Source of the DNA: the human T2T-CHM13v2.0 reference genome, Homo sapiens
Reading direction: 5' to 3' (one strand)
Length of the DNA stretch: 64,000 nucleotides
Assembly (NCBI RefSeq): GCF_009914755.1
Contig: NC_060929.1
The translations under genes and the position numbers were made by a program. The notes under the pieces were generated by a model. It searched no databases, had not been told where the DNA came from, and saw only the letters and a list, made by a program, of their open reading frames with translations. This document shows, piece after piece, positions 1-14,074 of this stretch (position 1 is the stretch's first letter; each line of letters opens with the position of its first letter).

Positions 1-734
1 AAACACATAAAGATCACATTATAGCTTCATAAAGTATAAAGAGATTTATCCCAAGTGGCTAGTTTCCAGTGGTGACCTCCTTCTTTTGAGTTTCCCTTTC
101 AAGAAAGCATGGACTCTGCACACAGGCAGTGGCTTGCACACTGCTAGACTGCCAGTGCTTGCACAGTTCCTGACACACAGCAGGGACTCGGGGTGTGCAA
201 TCTAAATATAGCAGGACTCGTGAGTTCATGTAGGCCTGTTCTTTTTTGTACATAGCTGTCCTTCAGGCCTCATATGGGCACCTTTTTAAAAGTCTGCTTG
301 CACTAAATATATCATTTCGCCCATCCTGAATTTCTGAAGACAACTGACTATTATTTTTATCCAACAAACCATCCAAACCCCAGTCATTTTCCTTAAGTGC
401 AACTCAGCAGAAGGAACTGCCCTACTTTGATTTTAAACCAATGTCATAGATTTAACTCTGCAGGAATATTTTCTTGCTAGTGGTCTCCACCAATCATCAT
501 CATGGGAAGTTGCTAAACCTAAAAAAAAAGTTGTGCATCAATGTCTGCATATCACAAACATCTGTGGACGCCTGTTCTCAAGCAGGATGGTGTGTGCCTA
601 TTTTTTGGATACCTTACCCAGATGGTTATTTGAACGTTGAACTTTGGGATTGCCTGTGGGAAATGTCCATGCCTTTGAACTTGCAGACTCCTTCAGGGGT
701 TACCATTCCACTTGCTTAATTAGGAAATGATCAC

Positions 735-960
735 TGTGGTTAAAAGCACAGAACCCGGGACCCAACAGACCTGGATTGAAATCCTAATTGCTTTCCCTCC
801 CTAAAATATATTTCTTTCTACAAAAAGTAAGAGAGAAGACCAATAATAGAATTAACTTCATAGGGTTGTTAGGTGGAATAAATTTGATAGGGGATACGTA
901 AGGTTTTGGCACTGAGCCTAATATAGAGTGGACATTCAATAACTATTAGCCTTTAGTATT
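735..960 (+). mobile_element. MIR (degenerate SINE)
   Basis: MIR-like motifs 'gtggttaaaagcacag...agacctggattgaaatcc' and 'acttcatagggttgttagg...cattcaataactattagc'. Confidence 0.6.
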
Positions 961-1668
961 ATCACCAGAGTCTCAAAGAACTAATCGTTATTAAAATAAT
1001 CATTCATGCACATAAATGCTTTATACTCCTAGAAAGCACAAATCAATTTAAAGAAAAAAAAAAGCTTTAAACATTTTGATAGACCAGTGATAGTCAGTTT
1101 ACAGCAAAAGAGGGAGTAAGATTATTTAGTTAAACAGGAAACAGAACTCTGAGGCACTAAGCTAAATGGAAGGACAAAAGATGAGAAAAGACAACTTGAA
1201 AATAACTTTGATTTTGCATACATTAATAAATGTTAACATGCCTGTTTGAAACACAGTATCTGAGAGTTACGATATTTTATCAGCCAAAGCTGCAAATCCT
1301 GACATTTTTCCCTAATGTGTAAATGGCAGATGTCATTTATATGTGCAACATTCACATGTGAATCTGGATTCCTAGAATTTCTTTGGAAAACACAAAATAT
1401 TTTGCTCAATATTTCAGCAAGTATAACTCTAATCTATTTTGGTGGGGTATTCATTTCTTTAAACTTTAAATACATATCAAGAATAAAATCAGACAACAAT
1501 GATCCTTTTTTTCAATTTATGTGAAAAATAATAGAAGTTAAAATATTCAAAATTGAAGTCTATTTCTTATTTTTATTTTTTTCTAGTTCTTTCTCACCAC
1601 AAATAATATCAAGAAGGTGAATAAACATGTGCCATTGAATAATCATCAGTGAACCATATTTAATATTA

Positions 1669-1971
<303 letters not shown>

Positions 1972-2625
1972 AAAAAGTATAAAACATGAAATACAGATTT
2001 GAACCTATTAATATGAATGCCACAATTGCAGATTTTTTATTTGCATCTTTATTTTATCTGCCTTGGATTTGTCCATTGAAAGCTGTTATATTGTTAGTTA
2101 TAATTCGGCTGCCACCATATTTTTCTTTTATAATACTTACCAAAACTGAAATGAAATAATAAATTGTAATAGTGTTTGTTTAATACATTCTTTCTCTTCC
2201 CAACTCTAAAATCCAAGGGACAGATCTCTCTTATTTATTTTGTATTTTCATTGTTTAGCATAGTTCTTGGTTCCCAGTGGGCACTTAACACATATCTCTC
2301 AAGTAAATAATCAAAGAAAATGTAGACATAGAAACATATCGGCATTTTCATCCTTTCTATCTTTCCTAACAAAAGCAAACACACAAATTGATGCTTGAGT
2401 AAAGTTAAAAGAAACTGCAGAAGGATCTCTAAATTTATAGCTCACAAGCCTATGAGAAATTATGAGCTTTACAGTTACTAACCATCCTACTGATATCAGT
2501 AACTCCTATGGTCAGATGCAAAAGTGAGATAGGCATGGGCTTGATGTACTCCTCTCCACCCTTTCCTATGATTATGGGAACTTTTGCTGTGAGATCATAT
2601 TCAGTTCTGATGAATCTTTAAAGTG

Positions 2626-3017
2626 TGTCTATTAGTCTCTCAGACTGCCACAACAAAGCACCACAGATGGTGTGTTTAAACAATGGAAATGTATTTTCTC
2701 ACAGCTCTGGAGTCGAAAAGTCCAAGATGAAGGTGTCAGCAGAGTTGGTTTCTTCTGAAGTGTCTTTCCTTGGCTTGGAAATGGTCCTCTTCTCCCAGTA
2801 TTTTGATGTGCTCTTCTCTGTGTGTGTGTATACCTGTGTCCTAATCTCTTTTTATAAGAACAGAAGTCATATTGGATTAGGGCCCATCCTAACACCTCAC
2901 TTTAAGTTACTTACCTTTTTAGAGACCTTATATCCAAGTACAGTCATATTCTGAGGTCCTGGGGGATAGGACTTTAACATATGATTTTGGGGAAGGGGTA
3001 CAATTCAGCCAATAACA
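2626..3017 (-). mobile_element. MaLR solo LTR, MLT1B/C-like
   Basis: 'tattttctcacagctctggag...gtccaagatgaaggtgtcagcag...ggattagggcccatccta...caattcagccaataaca', typical MLT1 LTR in reverse. Confidence 0.85.
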
Positions 3018-3027
3018 GTGTTCCATG

Positions 3028-3915
3028 CTTAAACAAATTTACGAGAAAAAAAATGACCCCATCGAAAAGTGGGCAAAGGACATGAGCAGACACTTCTCAA
3101 AAGAAGACATTTATATGGCCAAAAAACTTGAAAAAAAAGCTGAACATCAGTGATCACTAGAGAAATGCAAATCAAAACCACAATGAGATACCATCTCACA
3201 CCAGTCAGAATGGCAATTATTAAAAAGTCAGGAAACAATAGATGCTGGTGAGGCTGTGGAGAAATAGGAATGCTTTTACACTGTTGGTGGGAGTGTAAAT
3301 TAGTTCAACCATTGTGGAAGACAGTGTGGTGATTCCTCAAGGATCTAGAACCAGAAATACCATTTGACCCAGCAATCCCATTACTGGGTATATACCCAAA
3401 GGATTATAAATCATTCTACTCTAAAGACACATGCACACATATGTTTATTGCAGCACTATTTACAATAGCAAAGACTTGGAACCAACCCAAATGCCTATCA
3501 ATGATACATTAGATAAAGAAAATGTGGCACATATACACCATGGAATACTATGCAGCCATAAAAAGGAATAAGTTCAGGTCCTTTGTGGGTACATGGGCGA
3601 AGCTGGAAACCATCATTCTCAGCAAACTAACATAGGAACAAAAAAACAAACCACCACATGTTCTCACTCATAAGTGGGAGTTGAACAACGAGAACACATG
3701 GACACAGGGAAGGGAACAACACACACTGGGGCCTGTGGGGAAATGGGGGACAAGTGGGAGGAGAGCATTAGGAAAAATACCTAATGTATATAGGGCTCAA
3801 AACCTAGATGATGGGTTGATAGGTTCAGCAAACCACCGTGGCACATGTATACCTATGAAACGAACCTGCGCATTCTGCACATGTATCCCAGAACTTAAAG
3901 TAAAATTTTAAAAAA
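3028..3915 (+). mobile_element. L1PA8-like 5'-truncated 3' end
   Basis: ORF2 C-terminal sequence and 3'UTR ending 'cccagaacttaaagtaaaatttt'; 9-bp TGTTCCATG at 3019-3027 recurs at 6069-6077. Confidence 0.93.
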
Positions 3916-3925
3916 ATTTTAAAAA

Positions 3926-4605
3926 TTACTGTAGCCTTGTAGTATAGTTTGAAGTCAGGTAGTATGATGCCTCCAGCTTTGTTCTTTTTGCTTAGGATTG
4001 TCCTGGCTATCCGGGGTCTTTTTTGGTTCCATATGAAATTTAAAGTAGTTTTTTCTAATTCTGTAAAGAACGTCAGTGGTACCTTGATGGGGATAGCATT
4101 GAATCTATAAATTACTTTGGGCAGTATGGCCATTTTCATGATATTGATTCTTCCTATCCATGAGCATGGAATGTTTTTCCATTTGTTTGTGTTCTCTCTT
4201 ATTTCCTTGAGTAGTGGTTTGTAGTTCTCCTTGAAGAGGTCCTTCACATCCTTGTAAGTTGTATTCCTAAGTATTTTATTCTCTTTGTAGCAGTTGTGAA
4301 TGGAAGTTCACTCATGATTTGCCTCTCTGTTTGTCTATTTTTGGTGTATAGGAATGCTTGTGATTTTTTCACATTGATTTTGTATCCTGAGACTTTACTG
4401 AAGATGCTTATCAGCTTAAGGAGATTTTGGGCTGAGATGATGGGGTTTTCTAAATATACAATCATGTCATCTGCAAACAGAGATAATTTGACTTCATCTC
4501 TTCCTATTTCAATACCTTTATTTCTTTCTCTTGCCTGATTGCCCTGGACAGAACTTCCAATACTATGTTGAATAGGAGTGGTGAGGGAGGGCATCCTTGT
4601 CTTGC
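3926..4605 (-). mobile_element. Inverted 5' segment of L1PA7-like insertion (ORF2 RT region, decayed)
   Basis: Minus-strand ORFs 4244-4621 and 3825-4247 contain L1 ORF2 peptides '[15 protein letters not shown]' (RT active site) and '[14 protein letters not shown]'. Confidence 0.95.
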
Positions 4606-5990
4606 GTTGTACTGGTACCAAAACAGATATACAGACTGATGGAACAGAACAGATGCCTCAGAAATAACACCACACATCTACAACCATCTGCTCTTTGACA
4701 AATCTGACAAAAACAAGAAATGGGGAAAGGATTCCCTATTTAATAAACGATATTGGGAAAACTGACTAGCCATATGCAGAAAACTGAAACTGGACCCATT
4801 CTTTACACCTTATACAAAAATTAACTCAAGATGGATTAAAGACTTACATGTAAGACCTAAAACCTTAAAATTCCTAGAACAAAACCTAGGCAGTACCATT
4901 CAGGACATAGGCATGGGCAAGGACTTCATGTCTAAAACACCAAAAGCAATGGCAACAAAAGCCAAAATTGACAAATGGGATCTAATTAAACTAAAGAGCT
5001 TCTGCACAGCAAAGGAAACTATCATCAGAGTGAACAGGCAACCTACAGAATGGGAGAAAATTTTTGCAATCTACCCATCTGACAAAGGGCTAATATCCAG
5101 AATCTACAAAGAACTTAAACAAATTTACAAGAAAAAAAATAAACAACCCCATCAATAAGTGGGTGAAGGATATGAACAGACACTTCTCAAAAGAAGACAT
5201 TTATGCGGTCAACAAACATGAAAAAAAAGCTCATCATCACTAGTCATTAGAGAAATGCAAATCAAAAGCACAATGAGATACCATCTCACACCAGTTAGAA
5301 TGGCAATCATTAAAAAGTCAGAAAACAACAGATACTGGAGAGAATGTGGAGAAATAGGAATGCTTTTACACTGTTGGTGGGAGTGTAAATTAGTTCAGCC
5401 ATTGTGGAAGACAGTGTGATGATTCCTTAAGGATCTAGAACCAGAAATACCATTTGACCCAGCGATCCCTTTACTAGGTATATACCCAAAGTATTGTAAA
5501 TCATTCTACTATAATGACACATGCACACATATGTTTATTGCAGCACTATTCACAATAGCAACGACTTGGAACCAACCCAAATGCCCATCAATGATAGGCT
5601 GGATAAAGAAAATGTGGCACATATACACCATGGAATACTATGCAGCCATAAAAAAGGATGAGTTCGTGTCCTTCGCAGGGACATGGATGAAGCTGGAAAC
5701 CATCATTCTCGGCAAACTGACACAGGAACAGAAAACCAAACACTGCATGTTCTCACTCTTAAGTAGGAGTCGAACAATGAGAACACATGGACACAGGGAA
5801 GGGAACATCGCACACTGGGGCCTGTTGGGGTTGGAGGACTAGGGGAGGGATAGCATTAGGAGAAATACCTAATGTAAAATATGGGTCGATGGGTGCAGCA
5901 AACCACCATGGCACATGTATACCTATGTAATCTGCATGTTCTACACATGTATCCCAGAACTTAAAGTATATATATATTAAAAAAAGAAAA
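4606..5990 (+). mobile_element. Non-inverted 3' segment of the same L1PA7-like insertion
   Basis: ORF2 peptides '[35 protein letters not shown]' and 'MFIAALFTIA..WNQPKCP'; 3'UTR and A-rich tail. Confidence 0.95.
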
Positions 5991-7520
5991 CTTGGTTTTT
6001 ATGACATGGAAATAAAAACAATTTTTGCATTGTAAAAAAAATTTTTTTAATGGTAGAATTTAAAAAAATGTTCCATGATCAGATTGGTTTGAGAAATACT
6101 TTGTGATACCAAATTTAATAATTCCTTTAATATGCTACTATGCATTAGGAATCTCCAAGAAAAGACTACAGGATTCTGGCTTTGCTGAAAACAAAAACTG
6201 AAAAACTTCTTACCCACCCCAATTGCTTACACCTTTAACATCCCACCATATTTTTCTTGGAACACCGGCTGGGTAGAGCACAGCAGTGGCCTGGCGCTGT
6301 ATGAATGGCCCTGCATTTCACTAGTGTTGTTTGAGGGCTGCTGATTGACCTCTCCCTGATCCTAAGCAGCCCCACTGGTGAGCCCCTCTCTGATAAGCAA
6401 TTATTTCCAACTCCATACCATGTCCAAAATGCACTCTTAATTGAGGCAGGACTTTTCTTTGTGTATTTAACAATTCTTAATTATGACTTTACATTTTTGT
6501 GTTCTACCAACCAGTTGGTACCAATTTTTCCAGCAACTTTCTCACTCCAGTTTTGGAGGTACTATTGGAATATTTCTCTTTCTCTGTAACTATTGGCATT
6601 TGATAATATTTTTTGCAGCTAATTATCTCATTGATTGAAAGGAATGAAGGAAGGGATCCAATGAAATGCTTCTTGGAGGCAAGGAAACACAAATGTACAA
6701 CTTTCAATAGAGTTTCAACATAAAATAGCTGTCCAACCTCCATGGAAACAGAGTTCTTTATGGACGCATTATGCAGGCAAACTTGCTAAGCTCTTTGGGA
6801 CATTAGTGCCTTTAATAATGATGTTAGCAACTTTTCCTAAACTATTGCATATGTACAGTAGGTCCTTAGCAGAGTGGGGGTTCGTGAATTAATCCCTATT
6901 TAATGAGAAATATTTGAAGGTGATGAGAGTCATCTGCTGCTGATGGGAAAATTCTGCCTTGATAGATTATTTCTGGAACATTAAAGAATCTACTCAATCA
7001 AGATACTTGACTATTTAGGACAGGACAATTTTGTGAGAAATTGAAATAAAATACAGGATTTATACTCAATTATTTTCATCACCTATAAAATGTCCTATAT
7101 TTGCTTTAAGGGTTTTAAATTTTCACACTTTCTTGCTTTCATCAGACCTCAGTAGCCTGTACTAAATCAAATGGCTAGATGCTGAGTTTTGGCTGAGGGT
7201 GTTTTTAGTAAGGTGATAGCCAATGGCTATATTTGAGAAAATTTATTTTAGATTAATTTGTAGTATGTTTCATTTCAAACTGTCTGGAAAGAGCTATGAA
7301 AATATGTTTATATGTGAAACGTGCTGCAGCATTCTCACCAACGTGATGCAAAATTTCCACATCTACCTAATGATTTAGATAGAAGTCATAATTAAAATAT
7401 ATTAGGTGTTAGAAAATGTTTGGCTGCTCAAAAATAAATTATTATAATACAAGTTATTATCATTTCTTTATGCTTGACCTCATCACTGTTAGAAAGTACT
7501 CCGAAATTAACTGGTGGAAA

Positions 7521-8046
7521 AGGAAAAGAAGTTACTATAGGAAAAAGACACCTGCACCTATATGTTTATCACAGCACAATTCACAATTGCAGAGATATGA
7601 AATGAACCTAAGTGCCCATCAGCCCATGAGTGAATAGAAAAAATCTGGTATGTATATATATATGTGTGTATATATATATATATGTGCCATGGAGTACTAC
7701 TCAGCCATGGAAAAGAACAAAGTAAGTCTTTTGCAGCAACTTGGATGGAGCTGAAAGCCATTATTCGAAGAGAAGTAACTCAGGAATGGAAAACCAAATA
7801 CCCTAAGTTCTCACTTACAAGTGGGAGCTAAGCTATTGGTATGCAAAAGCATACAGAGTGGTATAATGGACATTGAAGACTCAGAAGTGGGGAGGTGAAG
7901 TGGGGAAGGGTTAAAAACTACATATTGGGTACACGTACATGTAATGTACATGACTCCAGTGACAGATGCAGTAAAATTTCAGATTTCACCACTATACAAT
8001 TCATCCATATAAAAACACTTGTACCCCTAAAGCTACTGAAATAAAA
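7521..8046 (+). mobile_element. L1PB-like (L1PB3/4) truncated 3' end
   Basis: 'gagtggtataatggacattgaagactcagaag' L1PB 3'UTR; perfect 17-bp TSD AAATTAACTGGTGGAAA at 7504-7520 and 8047-8063. Confidence 0.92.
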
Positions 8047-8434
8047 AAATTAACTGGTGGAAATAAATAATTAAAATATCTTATGTTCCTTTCAATCTGT
8101 CTACTACTCTGTTCTGTTCTTTGGAATACAAATAAAAAGTATTTAACCTCTGAACTTTTTGTAACTGTAAATTTGAAAAGCTGCTTAATTTTTTATTGTG
8201 ATGGCAACAGTGTTGATAATCTATACACATTTTCTGAGTAAATTAATCATATTAAGAATTTTGTCAGAAAATAAAATTCCACTTTTGTCAACAAAACAAA
8301 TCCACTTTTGTTAAAAACAAATCAGTCTCTGTTTAAAACTACAAACACACCTCTCCGAATTTCTGTGTAGGTTGTTTTTGTTCCTTAGCTCCATGCAAAG
8401 TTATGTGGCTGATGGTGAGGGAATGGTAAGTTTG

Positions 8435-8560
8435 TGGGGCTTAGAGCCCAAAGACCTGGGAGCAGGCCCAGATTCTACTATAAACTTTGGACAAATCGTT
8501 TACTCTGACTGAACCCCAGTTTTTCTAACTGTATAATGAGAATGACATCCCTTACAACTT
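8435..8560 (+). mobile_element. MIR fragment
   Basis: 'agacctggg...ctttggacaaatc...ctgaaccccagtttttctaactgtataatgag' MIR core-like. Confidence 0.55.
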
Positions 8561-8899
8561 TGAAAACATAGTGAGAGGGAATATCTGAGGCTTTGTTGAT
8601 GACAGATGGACAGGTCCCAAGAAGCAGACAAATAGTCTTTTAAGGACAAACAATGCAGTGGAAACCTTCTTTCCTAAATGCATGACTTTTGCTAACTTTT
8701 TTTTTTTTTAAAAAAGGCAATGATATTTCACTTATGTCTGAATCACAATCCCTGACTAGCTGATCAAGTTTCCTAGCCTATTAGTAATAGATAAGGAGAG
8801 TTTAGTGTTAGGATATAACAGTGATGATCAAATAGGTGAGAAATTATAGGCTGGGATTTAGAGATTGGATACTGACAGAGTAATCTGAGAAATAAGGGC

Positions 8900-9263
8900 T
8901 GATATGGTTTGGCTATGTCCCCATCCAAATCTCATCTTGAATTGTAGTTCCTATTACCCACCATGTGTCATGGAAGGGTCCCAGTGGGGGGTAATTGAGT
9001 CATGGGGGTGGTTTTTCCCATGCTGCTCTCATAACAGTGAATAAGTCTCATGAGATCTGATGGTTCCATAAAAGGCAGTTCCCCTGCACAAGCCCTCTTG
9101 CCTGCCACCATGTAAAACATGCCTTTGCACCTCCTTCACCTTTGGCCATGATTGTGAGGCCTCCCCAGCCATGTGGAACTGCGAGTCCACTAAACCTCTA
9201 TTTCTTTACAGATTACCCAGTCTCAGGTGTTTCTTCACAGCAGTATGAAAACGCACTAATACA
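8900..9263 (+). mobile_element. THE1 solo LTR
   Basis: TGATATGGTTTGGCT...CTAATACA termini; 5-bp TSD AGGGC at 8895-8899 and 9264-9268. Confidence 0.96.
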
Positions 9264-10095
9264 AGGGCGAAGGAAACCATGTGTCTCCATGATCCAGCCT
9301 CAGATGTTTGTGCTTTCCTTAGAGCAATTCCATACAAGATAGAGTCACCTAGCGCTTAGGAGGCATGAAGTGAGTCTGTAACTTTTAGGAGCTGGGGATA
9401 TGGCAGGCATTGCTGTCATTCTTCATCTCCAGTACAAGATGAATTTTGACCCATATGTAAAATGTTAGTATCATATTAATCTAGTAAGTTGTGTGTATGC
9501 ATGTGTGCATATGTGTTTTTGTAGGTGTGTGTGTATGTGTGGTGTGTGCGTGTTATTTGTGAAGGAGGTAAAATCTGAGAAAACACTTTTCTTTACTAGG
9601 AGAGATTCCCAGGCCATCTTCCAAAGAGAAATAAGAACCTGTAGACGCTAGAGATACAGTGGCTTTTTCCTCCTGTTTTTCAAACTAGTGAGAAAGGATC
9701 ACTTTAAACTATGAGACATTAAAACAGAAGAGAAAACATTGTACCATCCCTTCTTATCCATATGTCTTCCTGGGGAAGCCCATTTCTAAGTTTTTTGGCT
9801 AATAGTGATTCAGATTTGTTAGAAATTTTGAGTATTAAGGTAGCCAAATGAATCCTTTCTTTTAAAAAATCTTTAACCATTTAAAAAGGTAACTTTTACA
9901 AAATTTAAAGTTTTAAGTGATATAGAAAAAATAATCAAGTAAGTATTTTAAAATATGTTTCTTATTTCTTAGCTTCCTGTATCTACAAGTCAATTTAACA
10001 TTGGTAATTAAATAAGCATATTAGTAAAATCTACATAATAAAATTTTATGGGACTTAAATTTTTATATTGGAGTTAATCTGAATGTCCCATTATT

Positions 10096-10097
<2 letters not shown>

Positions 10098-10140
<43 letters not shown>
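10098..10140. repeat. (GT)n microsatellite followed by short (GA)
   Basis: About 18 uninterrupted GT units. Confidence 0.97.
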
Positions 10141-10141
<1 letters not shown>

Positions 10142-10458
10142 TTTAAAATTCCCATGGGATAAATTATAAAAATAGAAATGAAGAAGAACATATTAGTTAT
10201 TCATATACCTGTGCATCTGAAATTAGCCATTTTCCTCACTGAATACATAATGATTTCCGAGATGAAGAGCAGTTAACCCAATGGCCTCCTAAATACTAAA
10301 CTCCATTAAGCTTGCCTCTGAGCAATGGCCACAATCATGAGTGTATCCTCTAGTGTTGTTTATCGTTAATGTCCATATAAAGTATACTGATTTATGATAA
10401 CTTCCAAAAGACAATCATAGGGAAGCCAATTAGCTAAGGAAAGGAGATGACCTACATA

Positions 10459-10640
10459 AAGGATTGGCCAACTTTTTCTGCAAAGAACCAAATAGTAAAT
10501 AATTTTCTGCATTGCAAACCATAGTATCTCTGTCGCAGCTACTCCATCAGCTCTGCCTTGTAGCATGAAAATAGCCAGAGACTATAGGTACAGAAATGGC
10601 CTGGGTGGGAGTTGGCCCGCAAGCCTTCATTTGCTCTCAG
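10459..10640 (+). mobile_element. MER58A-like hAT-Charlie DNA transposon remnant
   Basis: 'ggattggccaactttttctgcaaagaaccaaatagtaaataatttt...gtcgcagctactc...ctctgccttgtagcatgaaaatagcc'. Confidence 0.75.
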
Positions 10641-12224
10641 GGATCCTGTAAGATAGGTGAATAATTTTAATTTCTAATTATACTGTTGCACCTGAAAGAG
10701 TTGTGGCTCCATAAAGGTCTGTAGCTGTATGAAAACTGAAAAAAAAATGTGATCAGTCATCTAGATACTGTGAGCGAAGGCCAAACATCTGGATGTTTGG
10801 AAATCTAAACTAAAATTTAAAAAACACCTATTATGTTATCATTATGATTACTGCTAAGCATTTGTGTACTGCATTCCAAGAGTGTTCTCTACATATTTAA
10901 AAAACTGGAGACAAAATGAAAGAATACCTTTTTTCTGTTCCCTTTGAATCTGATATTTGAAAACAAAGGGCAAAGGAGGGGGAAAGTGTTTCTAGTAAAA
11001 GACAATATATTTCTTAGTATCAGATACCCTTTTAAAACCATCACAATGAAAGCCACAAAAGCATGGAGTGCGTTTGATATCAACCAGTTTGCAAATTAAA
11101 GATTCTTCGTTAGGACATCTAAGCAGCCCCAAGAGGACACACCTGTGGCCACCAGCCCTGTACTTCACCGCACAAGCCCTGTCTGAGTTCTAATGCCGGA
11201 AAGGAAACCTTCAGAGAGAATAGCTACTTCAGAAGGAGGGATGAGCTGAGTCGTGGTATCCCAGCTTGAGTGGTGGTTGTTCATCTTCAGTGGTAGAATA
11301 CAGAAACTATGGCCTGCAGCAAAGCTCTTCTGGTGATTTCTCCTCCTTTTCAAAACAATATTGGGAGGCCAGGCTGCCTCCATATTGAATTCTAGAATGA
11401 AAACTGACCAGCTCTGTTATTCAGAGTCTAGGGAAAAGAAATATGAGGATTGCAATGCAAAAACATGGAGTCCTTGTTTGTTTGCTGGTGGGATGAACTC
11501 CAGCCCCTCACACTTAGCATTAGAAGCTCCTTTCCCATGATTTTATGGAAGAAGAAAGCTGTTGACTGCCCAGGCCTCTTGTGGGCACCTGCGCCATTCA
11601 TTATAGGGCTACATTCACCACACACTCCCACACTCCAGCCTTGCTCTGGCTCTGTTCTTGTCTGTGTGTGTCCTCACCTCCTCAGGCACTGTCATTGGGA
11701 GGGACCCCTTTTTCCCTGGAGGGTCCTCCCAGCACCTGATCTGGATCCCATCCCATCCTCTCTCCCAAGAGGGCTCTGTTAATTCTCCCCTGTCTTACCC
11801 CCCCTTTCACTGGCCTTTTACTTTTCTTATATAATCACTTAAACTTGGTGCAGCCTCTCCCATCTCTCTTCCTCCCCTTCCCTCTAGGTCAAGCCCCATG
11901 CAAGATGCCTCCCTGGTTCCTCCTTGTCTCCTGGATGTTTGTGGGTTTCTTCCACAGCATCCAATTTCAGTTTTCCTGTTTCCTTTCAAGTGAATTATCT
12001 CCTCTGAGTCTTATGTATGCTTTTCTTTTTGAGGACTTGACCACACCCCAAGATCTAGTGTTAGTTCTGGATTTCTCCGCATCAAAAAAATGACTGGTTA
12101 GGAAAGGGAATGCCTGGCTCCACACAGACCGGTGAAGAAAGAATGAATACCACGGTTCTGGACCCTGACTCTAGAATGAATGTTCTCCTCCCTGTGCAAT
12201 GTGTTCTTGAGAGCTGTCATGTTG

Positions 12225-12345
12225 CAGCAACTTGGCTACACTCATCCCACACCCCCAAACTCCACCCTTGCTCTGGCTCTGTCCTTGTCATCTAAAGAGC
12301 TTTTAGAAAATACAGATGCCTGCACACCCCTCCACCACCCCGCAA
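12225..12345 (+). mobile_element. MER5A-like fragment interrupted by a locally copied segment
   Basis: 'caacttggctaca' ... 'gagcttttagaaaatacagatgcctg' resemble adjacent parts of the MER5A consensus. Confidence 0.5.
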
Positions 12346-12824
12346 ATCCCAGTGTCATGGTCTGCGGTATTAAGTGCTGTCGTGGAACTGGGCTGCTGTC
12401 CTACTGCAGTACTGTCTTCCTGATGGCAAGGATACCGCTTATTCAACTTTGCTCCCCCATCCCACTGAATAGAGTCGGACACATGGTAGGTCCCCAGTAA
12501 ATGGTTTGTTAGATAGCTTTATTGTGAGTTTATTTCCAAAGGTAAGAAATCACTGGGAATTTCACAAACTGGAGTCATTTTACTTATACTACCTTTTCAT
12601 AAAATGTATAGAAATATCTTTTCATAAAATAATTTTTTTAGAAATATCTTTTTATAAATTAATTTTTTTAGGTTATTAGCATCAGTCTTCCTGTTGTGAA
12701 GATTTCTTTTTAATTACATGATTGTGTGTGAGTTACATCTCATAGAATTCCTGAGAGAGCCCAATCTTAGGTTGCTGTAACATGACAGCTCTCAAAAACC
12801 CGTCGCACAGGGAGAAGGACATTC

Positions 12825-12940
12825 ATTCTAGAGGCCAGTGGCCCCAGCTTGGAATTCCACCCCTGCTGCTGAATGGCAGTTGGATGTTGGGCAATTTACT
12901 TAACCTCTCAGAACATCATTTTACTTAGCTGTGAAAATCA
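12825..12940 (+). mobile_element. MIR fragment
   Basis: 'ttgggcaatttacttaacctctcagaacatcattttacttagctgtgaaa' MIR core. Confidence 0.6.
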
Positions 12941-13450
12941 ATAATTCAGCAACAGTGAGTGCCTATTAAGGACTTGCTTGCTTATCAGTTTATTCTTTCT
13001 CTTATCTGAGGCTCACAGTTCTATGAGGAAGTAATATAATTGTCACCATAACCACTATCCATGGTTTACACATTTGGAAATCTGAGATGAAAGACTTTCC
13101 AGATTTTAAGTGTAAAGAAATTCCAGAGCCCTCACTCATCCCCACCAAGCTCTACTTCCTCTCAAAGGAGAAAGCAGCAGGGACTTTTCTGAGCTGTTGG
13201 GAGTATGAGCTGAACATCTCCAAGGTCCTCATTTCCCCCTTATCCTTATGGTGCCTGAATTAGCTAATCTCTAATTTCTCAGTTACAAAGAACTGCCAAG
13301 CTCCCAGTTAACTTCTATCTCGGGAGTGGACATGAGAGCCTAATATTTGAGACCAAGCTCTGTTTGCTGCCTCAGTAAAAACCATTTTCTGTAGGGTTTG
13401 GTGTGGACTAGCTTTCAACCAAATCATGTCCCCTAAAACATGCAAAAGTG

Positions 13451-14032
<582 letters not shown>

Positions 14033-14074
14033 TTAAGGTTAGTATAGTAATATCAGCCCACCCTTTCATATGGC

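Noticed and set aside
3825-5842. Reverse-transcriptase-like ORFs (FADD motif) as a novel RT system
   Set aside because: Ordinary fragmented L1 ORF2, broken by frameshifts, stops and an inversion.
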